Positions 25,551 through 39,006 of a DNA stretch of 64,000 nt are shown here, one piece after another. Made by a program: the position numbers and the translations under genes. Location of the stretch: positions 209,314,001 to 209,378,000 of the forward strand of contig NC_058368.1 in the NCBI RefSeq assembly GCF_018350175.1. The letters are read 5' to 3'. The DNA comes from Felis catus. Lineage: Eukaryota. The notes beneath the pieces are model-generated. The model had not been told where the DNA came from. It saw only the letters and a program-made list of their open reading frames with translations, and made no database searches. Positions within the stretch are counted from its first letter, which is position 1, and each line of letters begins with the position of its first letter.

Positions 25551-25889
25551 ATTTTTATTTTATTTTTATTTTTTAAAATGTTTTATTTTTGTGAGAGATC
25601 GAGAGAGAGGGGGGCAGAGAGAGAGGTGGACAGAGTTGACAGCAGTGAGCCCAATGTAGAGCTTGAACTCACAAACTGTAAGATCATGACCTGAGCCAAA
25701 GTTGGACGCTCAGCCAGCTGAGCCACCCAGGACCCCAGCAATATGTATTTTTTTTTTTAAAAATAGCAGTTCAGGGCACCTGGGTGGCTGAGTTGGTTAA
25801 GTATCTGACTCTTGATTTTGGCTCAGACCATGATCTTATGGTTCGTGAGATCTGAGATCCATGCTAACAGCATGGAGCCTGCTTGAGAT

Positions 25890-25934
<45 letters not shown>

Positions 25935-26218
25935 GCCCTGCTCCCTTTTCTCCTGCTCACATTCTTTCTTTCAAAATAATAAATAGACTTAAAAAAATAG
26001 TTCAGGCATTGTATTTCCAAGTGGCTTGTTCATGTTACTTTTTTTTTTACAAAGTGTTTATTTATTTTGAGAGAGGGAGAGAGAGAGAGAGCAAGCGTGT
26101 GAGTGAGCAGAGGGGCAGAACTCACCCCAATGTGGGGCTTGAACTCACCAACTGTGAGATCATGACCTGAGCCAAAATCGAGTCAAATGCTTAACTGACT
26201 GAGCCATCTAGGCGCCCC
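25551..26218. mobile_element. Three Can-SINEs (-, +, -)
   Basis: SINE bodies at about 25551-25736, 25773-25998 and 26039-26218. Confidence 0.83.
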
Positions 26219-27392
26219 TCATGTTATTTTAATTAGGGGAAAATATAGAAGGCTAGGGAGAAAGATAGGACCCTTTGTATTTAATCCCAAACCAGACTGA
26301 AATCTTGTCATTTAGTCAGGACTTTTGAAAATCGTTCTTTTCTACTCTTTAGAGACACTAATATACTGAATACTTAATGCTTGAATTTTACCTCAAATTA
26401 GTTTTTTATTGTATGACACTATAAGGAATGCAAAGTCATGTAAAATGCAGTCTGCCCTCCAAATTTCTAGTAGGAGAAATAGAGATGTATTTCAGAGCAG
26501 CCCACAGTAATAAATTGTACACTGTGGCCCAGTACATTTAAGTGTACATTTGTATGTTTATATTGTCTGACACAGAATTTTCATTAAATTGTATTTATAT
26601 TTGTTTTATGTAATGTACTCTGATGCTATCTCTTCTGTTTCTGTATCCTGTTCTGTTCCATTTTTTAAGAATGCTGGCATTTATTTCATGACCCACTAAT
26701 GAGTCATATTCTTCAGTGCTAAAAACAAACAAACAAACTGGAGTATGTTAAGTATTATTTTAAACCATTTTGTACCTTACTTGCTTCCGTTGAAGCAAGT
26801 GTGCACGGGATGGACACTTGCTTCAAAGATGGGCCCTCCATGTAAGGTGTGTGACAAATTCCACCAGGTTTAGGTTCAGAAGATACCTGTAGTCCTGCTT
26901 CTACCTTGATTCAACCAACATTTAGTTTTAGATCACTTTCTTGAGAACTTTATTCATCAAAGAATCCCCCAAACGGTTTAAATATCTATGGAAGTTCTCT
27001 TTCACTTTATGGAGGTGTGTGTACACATATAGCTACTACACTAGCACTTTAGAGCATTTCGTGAGCTGCTATCTCCTTGTCTAACTTGTATTTTACCCAA
27101 AGTTAACAGGGAAATAGCTGGAGCACTGTTTCAAAAAACGTATCTCTGATAACATATCAGCAGTTGAGGCTGATTATTAGAAAATACTAATTAAAGAGAT
27201 AGGGGCTCCTGGCTGGCTCAGTCAGTGGAGCATGCAACTCTTGATCGCCAGGTTATAAGTTCAAGCCCCATGTTCAGTGTAGAGATTACTTAAAAATACA
27301 ATCTTAATAAAAAAAAGGTATGTAAGTATGTGAGGAGGAGTGATTCTGATAAATGTAATTGTTAATATCCATTTTCTTTTATTTACACATAG

Positions 27393-27621
27393 AACAGTCC
27401 CTTCGACTTATTCCTCTGCAACACTCTAAGGTGGCCAGTGTTGTAAGAGATCAGAATCTTTCTAATGTTTGGACAGTTGAATATGCCCTTGAATTATTAC
27501 TTATTGGTGGCCTAGTTCCAGAGGCTGTGTGGTTGGCACATAAACTTGGAGACTGGAAGACATCTGTTTCAATTGGTGTGGCCTTCCAACTATTCTGTAA
27601 ACATGATAGTAATTTCACAAG
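27393..27621 (+). CDS. CPLANE1: CPLANE1 exon 15 in window (EQSLRLIPLQH...SNFTR), 229 nt
   Basis: catag|AA acceptor; AAG|gtatgt donor; ORF 27359..27793. Confidence 0.93.
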
Positions 27622-27730
27622 GTATGTATTTTTAGGCAAACGTAGGTTGAGAAACAGTATAATAGTATCATCTAACTATTTTTTATTTCTCTCGTTGCTG
27701 GCGTTTATGCACTTTGTGGAATCCTTAGTC

Positions 27731-27921
27731 CAGAATTGTCCAATAAAACTTTCTTCAGTGATGGAAATGTTCTCTATGTGCAGTTCAGTATGATAGCTGT
27801 TAGCCACATGTAACCATTGAGCACTTGAATTGTGGCTAATAAGACCAAGGAATTGAACTTTCAACCTAATTTAAATTTAAATAGCTAAATGCAGTTAGGG
27901 GCTACTGTGTTGGACAGCTCA
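27731..27921. mobile_element. MER3-like hAT MITE
   Basis: tgtccaata...gatggaaatgttct...tagccacatgt...ttggaca pattern. Confidence 0.7.
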
Positions 27922-28790
27922 GCAGCTCTTTTGTGTTAAATCTTTTATTTAAAAAAAAAAAACACAACAACCTTTTTATTTAGCACATTTGTTAGTAATG
28001 TCCTCAAAGTGCTTATAGTCAATGGGAGAGTTTGCCTATTGTAAGTAGGGTTTGAATTTTAAGCTAATAAATCTAATCTCTATATTTTAACTTTTCTATT
28101 ATAGTACTACTATATCTTTGATATTTTTCAGTTCAATAATTCAACATATGTGTATTTCCTAAGTAAGTGCTCTGTACTAAGCTCTGTGCCAGGTAGTTTA
28201 ATGGATATAAAGTTAAATGGTACATAGACTCCATGTTTAAGGCATTTATAGTTTAGTAGAGAAATTAAGGCAAAGCATTATTATAATTTAGTGTATGTGT
28301 TGCCAAAGCGAGCACAAAACATTATTATAATTTAGATAATATGGTAAGAAAAGTGCCAGTGGTGCAGTGGAGAGAGCAATAATATCAAATGGGCATAGGA
28401 CAGGAAATGGAGATAACATTTAGATGGGCATTGAAGAAAAGACAGAATCTCAACAAATTGAGTAGCTGTGGAGAGAGATAACATTCCAAACATGAGCAAA
28501 GGCATATGGCAAAAGACAAGTTTGGTTCAATTTGGATCGAGTAGTATGGAGGGCAGCAATGGGAAATAATGATGGGAAGGTATATTAGTATCATAATCCT
28601 GGAGACCCTTAAAAATCTCCTTAATGTAATATTTCCCCAATTATTTTCCCCCAATTATTACTTTTTAAAATAGAGGATGAATAAAAGTAAATTTCACTGT
28701 TCCTTAACATTTTATGTTTAGCTCTTAATGTGTTAATATTTCCTTTTTTCAGAATTTGGATTCATTTTCCTTAATTTGATGTGATTTCAG

Positions 28791-28930
28791 GTCCAAGAAA
28801 AAGGGTCTGAATTTGCCAATAAATATGACTCCAGCACAGATTTTCCAGGAAAAACTGCAGTGTTTTTTAGGTCGGCCAGCCTCTTTGGAAACAAAAAATG
28901 AAATGGGCTCAAAATACAAACAATTTACAG
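28791..28930 (+). CDS. CPLANE1: CPLANE1 exon 16 in window (SKKKGLNLP...YKQFT), 140 nt
   Basis: tttcag|G acceptor; CAG|gtgtgt donor. Confidence 0.92.
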
Positions 28931-29939
28931 GTGTGTTACCTACATATAGTCTGACATATATATCAGCTTAATTGATATAAACCTTCTGATATTTTAAAAA
29001 GCATATTAATATCCATAAATATATTAACACTTTGAAGTAAGCTTATCAAATATAAACGTATGCTATTTATTCTTAATCATGGGAGCTTCTAAAATTTATG
29101 CCAGCTCAAAAAACAATGATCAGTAACTGAATGATACTCTGATTTTTCATACATATTTTTTGACTAGTTGTATTTTGCTATATTTGGATTATTTTCTTTT
29201 GCAGTCATAGAGTCGTAGAATCTCATAAACAGGAGGGTACTTAAAAGTATTTAGTTCAACTCTTGACTAGTGCATAAATCACAGAGTTGGTTTTGTTTTT
29301 AATTTGAAAATTTTATAGTAGTATTACAAAATTAAAAATAATGTAATATCACATATATTACATAGATTTACTCAGGAGCCCTGTAAAATTTGTTTTATAG
29401 CTGGAGACATTTAGATGAAAAGTAATGAAGTTGGGTACTTAAAGTTGTATGTGCTGACTACTGTAGGACCCTTTGGTTTTATTAGTTCTTGTTTCCATTA
29501 AGCAGAGAGGCTTCTAACTCTAGATTCTTAGAACTTACTAATTGTAACTTCTCTTTCCAGAAAGAATGCATAATACCTGGAAATCTTACTGAAAACTTTG
29601 ATAATTACCTGCCAATATTTTTGAAAATAAATGGAGAGAAAATGTAACTACATGAAAGTTGGTTTTGAAAAAAAAGACTAAAAGGGACACCTGGGTGGCT
29701 CAATCAGTTAAAAAAGTACTATGGTGGACTGTTAAGAAAAAAATTACTCTCCCACTAGCTGCATTCACATAATGTTGTATTTTATTTTGGTGTCTTTCTT
29801 GATACTTTTTTCCCATCAGTATTTTTTCATTTATTATTTTTTAACTCAGGACTATGTTCCAAGTATATTTTTGTTACATAGTTGTTGTTATTATAATATA
29901 TTGTATAAGTTTGCAAAAGGTCTTATGCTCTGATCTTTT

Positions 29940-30692
29940 AAAATTTTTTAATTTTTATTTGTTTATTTGATAGAGCGAGCATACACAGGAGAGGCAGAGA
30001 GAAAGAGAATCTTAAGTAGACTCCACACCCAACACAGAGCCTGATGCGGGGCTGGCGCTCATAACCATGAGATCATGACCTGAGCCCAAATCAGGAGTCC
30101 AGTGCTTAACCTACTGAGCCATCCAGGCACTGCCCCCCTCTATAATCTTTTTTTTTTTTAATTTTTTTTTTAATATTTATTTATTTTTGAGAGAGAGACA
30201 GAGAGACAGAGCACAAGTTGGGGAGGTACAGAGAGAGGGAGACACAGAATCAGAAGCAGGCTCCGAGCTGTCAGCACAGAGCCCGATACAGGGCTCGACC
30301 CCACAAACCATGAGATCATGACCTGAGCCGAATACCTGAGCAAATACTCAACTGACTGAGCCATCCAGGTGCCCCTGCCCCCCCTTCTATAATCTTAAAG
30401 TAACAGAATAGTTATTAAATTTCTGTGTAGAAGTTGAGATGTTTTGCATGTCAACCATTATGTTCATTTTTTTTTTAATTTTTTTTTCAACGTTTATTTA
30501 TTTTTTTTGGGACAGAGAGAGACAGAGCATGAACGGGGGAGGGACAGAGAGAGAGGGAGACACAGAATCGGAAACAGGCTCCAGGCTCTGAGCCATCAGC
30601 CCAGAGCCTGACGCGGGGCTCGAACTCAGGGACCGCGAGATCATGACCTGGCTGAAGTCAGACGCTTAACCGACTGCGCCACCCAGGCGCCC
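29940..30692 (-). mobile_element. Three antisense Can-SINEs, the last a young copy at 30472-30692
   Basis: TSD ACCATTATGTTCATTTTT at 30454-30471 and 30693-30710. Confidence 0.88.
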
Positions 30693-30805
30693 ACCATTAT
30701 GTTCATTTTTGATGATAATTTTTTTCAGGTACGAAATTTTATACTACAAAATAGGATCAGCATAATATAAATTTTAACTATTTTACTTAATTTTGTATTT
30801 GGTAG

Positions 30806-31023
30806 ATCCCATTGAAGAAGAAGATGCAAATCTCCTCTTTGGTTCAGTGCAGGAAGTACTGAAAGCAGCAGTTATGGCTGATGCAGATATTCTTTCAGAG
30901 ACGTTTCAACTTCTGCTAAACTCTGCCAAGGACTTCAGTAAGAGACTGTGGGGCTTAGTCCCGGTCGGCTTGTATCTCCCCGCTCCTCCATTATATTGTC
31001 CTCAGCCGGCTATTCTTAGTGAA
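30806..31023 (+). CDS. CPLANE1: CPLANE1 exon 17 in window (DPIEEEDA...AILSE), 218 nt
   Basis: ggtag|AT acceptor; GAA|gtaagc donor; ORF 30793..31164. Confidence 0.93.
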
Positions 31024-31089
31024 GTAAGCTTAGTTCTTAACCTTTTAATTAATTTAAAGTTGATTTTATCCCAATTTTACAATAGACAA

Positions 31090-31335
31090 CTCGATAATAA
31101 TTATCAAGTTAGGAATGCAAGCTCTGAAGACAAACTTCCAGATCCTAGCTTTGCTGTTTATTAATTGTATAATCTTAAGCAATGTACTAAACTGTTTAAG
31201 TTTCCTTATCTGTAAAATGCAGATGATGATAGTACCTGTAATAATATTATTGTTAGGATTAAATGAGATATTCTGTAAAAGCTTTTACCTTAGGGCCTAG
31301 GACACATAGTACACATTCAATAAATATTAAAATTA
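31090..31335. mobile_element. MIR relic
   Basis: MIR core: agtttccttatctgtaaaatg...gattaaatgaga. Confidence 0.65.
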
Positions 31336-33214
31336 TTGCAATAATAAAACAAAATCAAGAGAGGATTCTCTATATGCAGGTTTTAAAAAAATAGATGTTT
31401 GTTTAGGGTAATAAATAATAAATGTCAGATTTTAGAAGACCTACATTATTTTGGTCTTTTATTTACCTCATTGTCTTTGATTCTTTTGAAAGACTTCTTT
31501 TGATTTTTTTTTTTTTTTAATTTGATAGGTCATTTTTTTCTCCTGCACTATTCAATTGATAGTTCTGTCATATAAACAGCAAGACAGTGTTCCTCTCAGG
31601 AACTTTTTCTCTGCTCTCACTAAAAATCACAACATTATAATTAGCTGGCTTTAAGATTTAAAGTATGAATGCAAATTATTTTAATGTTTGATATTTTTAA
31701 GTGATTCTGGTATTGTTTCTTTACTGCTTACTGTTTTAGTATTAGCAGCCTCTATCTCTTACCTGGTTTTTTTCTTTTCCTTTTTGAGTTTTTTGTTATA
31801 TTGTTATTTGTTATATTTAAGGTTATATTTCAATAGGTTAAAAATATTTCATTTATTTATATTTCAAATGTAATATGTTATACATGGAAGAAATAAATAG
31901 TCCATTGTATTTCTTAATCTCTTTTCTGTCACATCTGAGTCTTCAACACATTGGTTTAGAAATTAGGAATACCATTTAAGCTATTTTTGGAATAGCCTAT
32001 GCTGATATTAGTTTGAGTGGTTACTATCCTTAGTAGTGATTCATTTTATTATTTTGTTTTTATTAAAATAATCCTCAGTGGTAGGATTTTTCCTAAGTAT
32101 CACTCTATATCAATTAGGACCCTTTGGATTGGGTATAATAGAAAACTTGGTAAGTTGGCTGGTATAATTAAGAAGCCCAGTTAAGTAGGGTAGCCTTTTG
32201 ACTCAGTTATGCTACCACAGACTTGAGCTCTTTCTCTCTAGTTTATTTTCCAAGGTGGCAGTTTCAACTCAAGTCCATCTCTCTTTGTGGGAGCAGAATG
32301 GCTGTCAGCACCTTCTAAGGATACCTTGTCCATGTCCAGAGGGAGAGAGAAGGGGAAAAACAAAAACAGTACAAGTATTTCTTCTCCAGCATTCCAGGCA
32401 AGGGTACTGGGAGTCACTCTTGGCTAGGGATAATGCAAAGTACATTTTGTAGCCCCTTAGGGCCTTCCCCTGAGAGCTGGGGAAGTATCAGCTCTCACTG
32501 AATCGTATAGGCTATGTAGGGGAAGGGCAGATACTCCATTAAAAATTGAGTACTGTGAAGAAGTAACTGTGGTAGGATGATGGGCAAGCAAATGTTTAGA
32601 TACTGTCTCATTCTCTAGAAACTAATTTTTAGCTACTGGCTTGTTAGTGTTTATTCAGCAAACGTTTGTTGGATCCTACTACATGCTGGACTTTATGCAT
32701 TATGTTAATACAAAGATAGATGACAAGGTCTTTGCTTTTGAATAGATCTCAGTATGGTGGGAAACATACATGAATCAGTACAGAATAATTTAGTGAAAAT
32801 TGTCATGGATGTCTGAGCAAAGTGCCATAGTCACACACAACAGGAGAGCTTCACAGAGGGGCCGACATTGAAATATAAGGATTTTTCCAGGCATAGAAGG
32901 GAAAAGGCATTCTCCTTAAAAGGAGCCCTCTTTATAACATTCTACCAATGGAGTCTGGAGTGGTGGGCTTTAACTGCTTGTAGGGGAAGACTTAGGCTTA
33001 GGGTCAGTTTAGCCCTTTACATTATTTGAGATGAGAGAAATTTCTTTGACACTAGAAATAGCTATAGTTGAAATCTATGAGGCCGTCCCTCAAAATATCC
33101 TTCATAAATCTCCAGGAACATTCTAGTTTGAGAAGCACTATTTTTATTTTCACGGTAACATTTAAAATTTTCATATTACTATCTACTAAGAATCGATTGT
33201 TTTATTTTCTTTAG

Positions 33215-33379
33215 GAAGATGGTGATGATCTTCTTTTAAAAGCTGAAAAGGATAATCGCCAAAAGGTGTCTGGAATCCTTCAGCGTGTTCTCTTGCTTTT
33301 CCGGGCAGCTCGCTGTTCTTTTCCGGTAGCACAGTGGTACATCTTGCAGTTGAGATGGGCAAGAAAAGTCATGCAGAAG
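33215..33379 (+). CDS. CPLANE1: CPLANE1 exon 18 in window (EDGDDLLLKA...KVMQK), 165 nt
   Basis: ctttag|GAA acceptor; AAG|gtgtgg donor. Confidence 0.92.
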
Positions 33380-35257
33380 GTGTGGAGATGTCTTAGTCAT
33401 TTATGTGCTATGCTATGTTAAACTATTTAAATATACTAATATTTATTAATATCTCCAAATATTTATAATCATGACATTTTCCCAAGGAATCCTATACTAT
33501 GAATCAATAGATTTCAGGTTTGTTTATAATAAGCAACCTAGCCAGACTAAATTTTTTCTGCTGAAAGATAAGGACTCTGAACTGAATCTCTTTGTTAGTC
33601 CCATCCTGTCTGACAATACAAAGTAAAATATAGTAAGTTATATATAACTGGTAGTTATATGTAGGTAGTTTCAGTTACTTTTTTTCTTTGTCCCACTATC
33701 ATTGAAGATGTAAGCTCAGTTCAGGGTTTTCCCCGACTTCGCTCTGAAATACTATCTACTGTGTTCTGTGGGGACTAATGTGGGGTCAAGCCCTGGGAGG
33801 TTAGAGTTGGTTCTTGGCTGTGTGTTTCCTTTCAGTACTCTCCACCAGTTGGAGTCTCTCCCTTGCTATCTTCTGAGATGTGCAATTCAGTGTGATTCTG
33901 GGGCCATCATCCCCTTCCACACTGACTTCAGCTGAGTCGTAGTTGTGTTCTTACCTGATCAACAGTCAGATGGGACATTTGTTTGTATGTCCCTTCTCCA
34001 GCTGCACATCCTTTGTAGGCCAGTTGTCTGTCTCTGTGAAATGTGGAACTAAATATTATTAGCCCTAAATGTCTTTAATTTGGCCCTTGATTATGTTTAA
34101 AACAAGAATTTACTATTTTTGGTAGGAAACTTTAGACTTTGAGAAGTTACCAAGTTGTCTTTGAAAATTAGACTTTTTTTAGAGAGAATGATTTGTGAAA
34201 TTTGCATACGGCTACTATAAAAATGTAAGATGAAACTGTACCCATCCTGTATCTTGTTATCCCAAAGTTGTTTTTAAAGTATGGCAGAGAGTTTTCCTGT
34301 ATTATTGAAAGATTGGTTTTAATAGTTTCAAGGTCTGCTGAGCCTGATTATTTGTTATAGGAAACTTCATTTTAAAAATTATTTAAGTAAGCAGTTTTCT
34401 ACAATAAAGTTGTAATTAGGTTTCCATTGAGGTTTTACCTTATGTACTAAATCCCAACAGTCATCTCATTTAATCTAGCTTTAATTAATGCAGCTAGCAT
34501 AAAGACTGTGCAGATTCTCTTAAAATTATCAACACAGCTAAAGACATTCCTCAAAGGCATAACAGGCTGCAGACTAGGGCCTTTGGGTGTATAGTCATTG
34601 CCACTCTGACTGTCCAGTGCCCTCTTTGTCTTGCGGCTTACCTTTAAAGCTTGTCAACCCCTCAGCTATACACACAAGTGACCTGTAAATTCCCTCTGAT
34701 TCAGTCTTCCTAAAATACATCTGATAGTTTTATTGTTAGCCTGTGTATTTATTAATATTGGGAGAGGTGCCAAAGATGTGGAGATCCATTCTTATAGAAG
34801 TATGTACAATATATAAGTGTATATACTTCTATATTCTCCTGTATTGCTGTTTTCTCTGCCTTTTTCATTTAGACTTTCTTGGGCATATAATTTAACTACA
34901 GATTTAGTTGTAGTAAATTAATGTTTTCTAATTGGTGGGAATGGCGGAACACTTGTTGCTACCAAAATTATAAGGTCTTTATTCATGGAAGCAAAAAATC
35001 ATGTTTCTCATGAAGTTCATACTAAAATGTGACCTGGAGCTGCAGGAATCTGAATAATTGCTAGGGGCCAGACATCTGATTACAAGATGGCTCGTGCACA
35101 TGGCTAAGAAGTTGGTGCTGGTTGTTGGCCAGAGGCGTCCCCCTGAGGAAGTGATCCAAAAGACAGCAAGGTGGAAGCTACAATGCCGTTATGATTTAAT
35201 CCCAGAAATCCCATACAATCACTTCTGTATTCTGTTCGTTAGAAACTAGCTGGTCTA

Positions 35258-35482
35258 GGGGCACCTGGGTGGCTCAGTTGGTTTAGCGTCCGACTTTGGC
35301 TTGGGTCATGATCTCGCAGTTCGTGGGTTCGAGCCCTGCGTCAGGCTCTGTGCTGACAACTCAGAGCCTGGAGCCTACTTTGCATTCTGTGTCTCCCTCT
35401 CTCTTCCCCTCCCCCGCTCATGCTCGTGATCTCTCTCTCTCTCTCTCAAAAATAAATAAACAAAAAAACAATAAAAAAAAAA
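35258..35482 (+). mobile_element. Can-SINE
   Basis: TSD AGAAACTAG(C/T)TGGTCTA. Confidence 0.9.
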
Positions 35483-36470
35483 GAAACTAGTTGGTCTAGT
35501 AGGGTCTACCCTCAAGGTGAGGGAAGTTAGGCTGTACCTTTGAAGGAATGAATTGTTAAGAATTTGTGGACATATTTTAAAACCATCATACCATTATACC
35601 AAAGTAAACAATAATTCTTTATTAATTCCAATACCTGGTCCATAATAAAATTACTCTGATTATTTTGAAAATGTCTTTTTTATAGATTTTTGAAATCAAG
35701 GTCCAACTGAAGTTAACCCATGTTTGATTATGAGATAATAGGAAGGACTATATTATCAAGTCTGACACATAAGAATCAAAAGACTTAACCCAGGATCAAA
35801 CTTTATACCAATAATTTCAAGGATATACGTAACTAAAAGACACAGGTGAAACCTGGACTTACATTGCTCCCAAGATTTTTCTTGCTGTGGAAGGATGTGA
35901 CCTGGCCTCTGTTTAACATCATGACACAAAAGAGAACTATATCACTTATTTAACATGTCCTTTTTATATCTCTTTAATTATATAGCTTGTGTGACATTTT
36001 CCAATGAGTCATACTCCATAAATCCATGCATTATAGATTTATTTATAATAACCAACCTAGCTAGGCTCTGTACATCTAGTAAATACCATTGTTTGACAAG
36101 AAGTCTGTCATTAGAATGCTTATAAGGGGATTTGACAAGATCCTGTCTTTGTAGAAATGAATAGAAGAGGGAAAAAATAGATTACAAGCCTGCCACTAAT
36201 CCTTTTATTTTTGGGTGTATGTCCCTTAGATTCCTTTCCTTTTATTCTATAGCAGTTTCCTTTAATTTCTTTTTCTTTTCTTGGTTTGTAGAGAAACTTG
36301 GTCATTTGTTCTGTACCGTATTCTGCATTTGTTTGATAGTTTATTCATTTAGTGTCATTTGACTTGTTCCTCTTTCTTTTTATTTCCTGTGAACTGGTAA
36401 TTAAACTATATTCATTGAGATACAGAGGCTTGATCAGGTTCACATTTTCTTAGAAAAAGTTATGTAGGTA

Positions 36471-37233
36471 GGGGCACCTGGGTGGTTCAGTTGGTTGAGA
36501 CTCCGATTCTTGATTTCAGCTCAGATCATGATCCCAGGGTTGTAGGATAGAGCCCCACGTTGGGCTGTACGCTGAGCGTGGAGCCTGGTTAAGATTCTCT
36601 TTCTCAAATTAAAAGTAGAACTACCCTATGACCCAGCAATTGCACTACTAGGTTATTTATCCAAGGGATACAGGTGTGCTGTTTTGAGGGCACACATGTA
36701 CCCCAATGTTTATAGCAGCACTATCAACAATAGCCAAAGTATGGAAAGAGTGCAAATGTCCATCAACAGATGAACAGATAAGAAGATGTGGTATATATAC
36801 ACAATGGAGTATTACTTGGCAATCAAAAAGAACGAAATCTTGCCATTCGCAACTACGTGGATGGAACTAGAGGGTATTATGCTAAGCGAAATTAGTCAGA
36901 GAAAGACAAATATCATGTAACTTCATTCATATGAGGACTTTAAAACAACAGATGAACATAATGGAAGGGAAACAAAAATAATATAAAAACAGGGAGGGGG
37001 GCAAAACAGAAGAGACTCTTAAAGGTGGAGAACAAACAGAGGGTTACTGGAGGGGTTGTGGGGGGTTGGGCTAAATGGGTAAGGGGCATTAAGGATTCTA
37101 CTCCTGAAATCATTGTTGCACTATATACTAACTAACTTGGATGTAAATAAATAAATAAAGTTAAAAAAAAAAATTCTCCTTCTCTCTCCCTCTGCTCCTC
37201 TTCCCCCTCACACACACTCTCTCTCAAAAAAAG
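36471..37233 (+). mobile_element. Can-SINE split by an L1 3' fragment (36606-37169)
   Basis: Outer TSD AAAGTTATGTAGGTA; inner TSD AAGATTCTCTTTCTC / AAAATTCTCCTTCTC. Confidence 0.88.
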
Positions 37234-37475
37234 AAAGTTATGTAGGTAGATATACCTTTTGTCATATTTGTTTTTAGGTACTGCACATCTTTTTATTTTA
37301 TTTTTTATTTTGAATGAGAGTTAGATGCTTAAATTTCTTTATTATGCCTTTGGGGAAAGGACAAATAGCATCAAGTTCTATATAGGCAAAACTGAGTGAC
37401 AGAAAAAATTGCCTACAACCTTCTTTTCTCTTTTGTGTTCTAACTTAGTGAATTTCTTGAATTAAATTTGTGAGC

Positions 37476-37602
37476 GGGGCACCTGGGTGGCTCAGTCAGT
37501 TAAGTATTCTACTCTTGATTTTGGCTCACGTCATGATCTCAGGGTTTGTGAGACTGAACCCCGCCATCAGGCCGTGAGCTGACGGTGCGGAACCTGCTTT
37601 GG

Positions 37603-37649
<47 letters not shown>

Positions 37650-37704
37650 CCTTCCCCGTGCACATTTTTTTCTCTCTCTCTCTCAAAATAAATAAACATT
37701 TAAA
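37476..37704 (+). mobile_element. Can-SINE with long (CT)n
   Basis: Head GGGGCACCTGGGTGGCTCAG. Confidence 0.85.
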
Positions 37705-37885
37705 TATATGAGCCAAGTTTCTGAAAGGATAGTTCATTTCAGAGATACTTTCTTACACAGTATAAGAACCATGCTGTATTTTTCATTCTCTATGGTTTAT
37801 GTTACCTGTCTTGTGTGTTGCTTTATAGTTTCCTTAAGAATAGATTTAGATGACTGATAATTAACATATTCTATCATTCTTTCAG

Positions 37886-38024
37886 ATTCGAATGAAAGGG
37901 TCCCTTCCTTCATTGAGTCCTTTCCCTGAGTCATTACTTAATTATTGTAAAGGAGGTGTAGCATTCTTTCGACCTGGAGCAACTGGAGACAGCAAGCTTG
38001 ATGAAGTTTCCATTAAAGCAATAG
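37886..38024 (+). CDS. CPLANE1: CPLANE1 exon 19 in window (IRMKGSLPS...SIKAI), 139 nt
   Basis: tttcag|ATT acceptor; TAG|gtttgt donor. Confidence 0.92.
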
Positions 38025-38737
38025 GTTTGTCCAAAATGAACTGCTTGCTTAGAAATTAGGCCTAAATATTGATAATGATATAATTTGCAGTTGATTTGGT
38101 GAAGTTTCTATACAGTGGAATATTATGCTGGCAATGAAAAGATATGTGTGTGTAACCACTGTGGAAATGTATCCAGGATACATTAAGTGAAAAGAAGAGC
38201 TAGTTTCAAAACAGCGTGCATAGTATAATTATATATATATATATATATTTGTGTACTTGTATTGCTTTTAATAAAAACATTGTTCAATAATGGAAAGTAT
38301 GTTTCTAATATTAAAAAATTTTAAACTTAAATGCCTATCATAAATGATTTTCCAAATAAATGAGCTGTACAGTATTAAGTAGAGCTATGTGTGTTGGCTT
38401 TGAACATTATCTACAATATACTATGAAGTTTAAAGCAAGTAAACTACTAGAGTAATTTATTTACTCTAGTAAATAGAGTAAGTTATTTATTCTAAAACTG
38501 TTTTCAATATTTTCATGTAACTGACATGCGTGAAATGCTCTAGAATAATGTGTATAAAAATTATGAAAGGATTTCCATGACTTTTATTTAAGGTGTTGGC
38601 AATGAGCATATGTTTGTTTCATAATCAACAAAATAAAGACATTGGTTTTGGAAAAAAAAATACCCAGCAGAGGTGAAGTTGTTATAATAGTAATGTACAT
38701 ACTAATCCAATCTTTTATATTTGTATCCCTGGTTTAG

Positions 38738-38847
38738 GTTGCTTCAGAGAACTTTGTGCTTTGTGTTGGATGCTACATGTTCGTGATAAGTTATCCTATA
38801 GTTGCAGGCAATATCAGAAAGCAAGAGAAAATGTGGAGGCGAAAAAG
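38738..38847 (+). CDS. CPLANE1: CPLANE1 exon 20 in window (GCFRELCALCW...EAKK), 110 nt
   Basis: gtttag|GT acceptor; AAG|gtattt donor. Confidence 0.92.
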
Positions 38848-39006
38848 GTATTTACCTACACAAGAATAAGAAAAATGAACAAACATTACTTGGGAAATTA
38901 CTGCTTGATAGAAGGTTTTATTGTTTTCTGACAAAGTTTCTTTTGAACTCATCCTGATCTATCCATCTAAAGTGAAAAGGAAATGTATTTCTCAATACCC
39001 ATTTAG

